Shown: positions 59,273 through 60,249 of the stretch, piece after piece
Position numbering within the stretch: position 1 is the stretch's first letter
Layout of the letters: each line of letters begins with the position of its first letter
Source of the DNA: a virus
Taxonomy: Duplodnaviria; Caudoviricetes
Direction: 5' to 3' (one strand)
Virus record (IMG/VR): IMGVR_UViG_3300023210_000037
Coordinates: 1 to 60,249 of that record
Length of the DNA stretch: 60,249 bases
Translations under genes and position numbers: made by a program
The notes under the pieces: model-generated
What the model was told of the DNA's origin: nothing
What the model saw: only the letters and a program-made list of their open reading frames with translations
The model's database searches: none

Positions 59273-59837
59273 TTAACACCTTTTTAATAATATTTTTATT
59301 TTCTAACAAGCTATCATCCACATGTTGTGGGTTCCAATGGATATTTATATCGGAATCATAGACATCCATATCTTCCCCAATCTCTACCTCACCCACCTTC
59401 ATTGTAGTAAAATGTGACTTTCCCACATAAAAATCTGCAGAAGCTCCTCCTTCTGCCATGTCAGATTCACCTCCCCATACATCAAAAGATATCACCCTAA
59501 CGGCAGAAACATCTTGATAATACTCCACTTCATATAGTTTCATTTCGGGTACCACAACCTCTTCAATTGACGACCAATCCATTTTATTCCTACTAGTACT
59601 TGATATTTCATTAACAATATCCCAATTATACTGATAAAGGGATGCAACATACATAGATTCTTTTTTACTTAATCCGTAGATTTTTTTAATCTCGAATAGT
59701 TCAAACATATCCCCATCGGTTTCGGTACTAAATTGCTCCCCTTTTAATAGATTCTCTAAAGTTGTTAGTATGTGAACTTCTAAATTATTAAAAGGTTGAG
59801 TATCCCCTGGGTTCCTTATTAGTGTTTTTTTAGCCAA
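59250..59837 (-). CDS. Hypothetical acidic protein (195 aa)
   Basis: Minus-strand ORF (TTG start); TATTTATT upstream on minus strand (59879-59886). Confidence 0.6.
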   Translation of the reverse strand: MAKKTLIRNPGDTQPFNNLEVHILTTLENLLKGEQFSTETDGDMFELFEIKKIYGLSKKESMYVASLYQYNWDIVNEISSTSRNKMDWSSIEEVVVPEMKLYEVEYYQDVSAVRVISFDVWGGESDMAEGGASADFYVGKSHFTTMKVGEVEIGEDMDVYDSDINIHWNPQHVDDSLLENKNIIKKVLNEYRRKI

Positions 59838-59841
59838 AATA

Positions 59842-59873
59842 TTTGATTTTTATAAAATTATTTTTTATCTTTG
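59842..59873 (+). promoter_or_regulatory. Bacteroidota-type promoter (TTTG-N20-TATCTTTG)
   Basis: TTTG 59842-45, TATCTTTG 59866-73, upstream of ATG 59895. Confidence 0.65.
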
Positions 59874-59894
59874 TTATTAATAAATATATTAAAA

Positions 59895-60249
59895 ATGGAT
59901 ATAATTAAAGAATTGATGGTATTTAATCATATAAAATATTATGATGAGCCACACATATACTATATTAATGGTAAGAAGACAATATCTTGTACGGGATTAC
60001 TACATAAATTTACTACTGATTTTGAAGATGGTATAAATAAACCAGATAAGTGGGCGGAAAAACAAGGTCATATTTATACCCCTAAAAGTATGGCGGATAA
60101 ATATGCTCATAAACAAAACTATTACCCAATGGATGGTGACCCTTATGATAGACCAGATTATGAAAAACCAAAACCCGTAGAGGAATGGGTTACAGAAGAA
60201 GACATAGATAAGTTATGGAAATATAAAAACCATCACGCCACTTATGAGG
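59895..60249 (+). CDS. PD-(D/E)XK family nuclease, N-terminal fragment (runs off window)
   Basis: MDIIKELMVFNHIKYYDEPHIYYINGKKTISCTGLLHKFTTDFE; the H.Y...G....S.T N-terminus is typical of phage PD-(D/E)XK exonucleases; open to window end. Confidence 0.6.
   Translation, partial: MDIIKELMVFNHIKYYDEPHIYYINGKKTISCTGLLHKFTTDFEDGINKPDKWAEKQGHIYTPKSMADKYAHKQNYYPMDGDPYDRPDYEKPKPVEEWVTEEDIDKLWKYKNHHATYE

Noticed and set aside
1-60249. Stop-codon reassignment as in some large phages
   Set aside because: ORFs up to 3036 aa are uninterrupted in the standard code and genes tile densely; there is no fragmentation
1-60249. CRISPR array, tRNA or rRNA genes
   Set aside because: No regularly spaced repeats or cloverleaf-like sequences were seen and intergenic gaps are short; checked by eye only

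Overview
A 60-kb, AT-rich segment of a large (probably jumbo-type) tailed dsDNA bacteriophage with a T4-like contractile-tail gene set. It uses the standard genetic code and is almost entirely on the + strand. The order is: end of the tail tube gene; putative head-targeted proteins, one with a pre-toxin-TG-like segment; tail assembly chaperone pair and tape-measure-like gene; baseplate hub genes carrying OmpA-like and degenerate GH19 domains; a replication/recombination block (gp32-like SSB, RecA/UvsX, 5'-3' exonuclease, DnaB-like helicase, class II ribonucleotide reductase with an HNH-bearing intein next to the catalytic Cys); gp25/gp6 baseplate wedge genes; about 26 kb of very large, Cys-rich, S/T-G-x-S/T-rich putative virion proteins; then a RuvC-like resolvase, primase and a partial PD-(D/E)XK nuclease. 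Three TTG-N20-TAnnTTTG promoters, the lack of Shine-Dalgarno sequences and a Bacteroidota-like beta-propeller point to a Bacteroidota host. A TATTTATA motif precedes structural genes and is a candidate late promoter. All assignments come from motif recognition by eye; no database searches were run.
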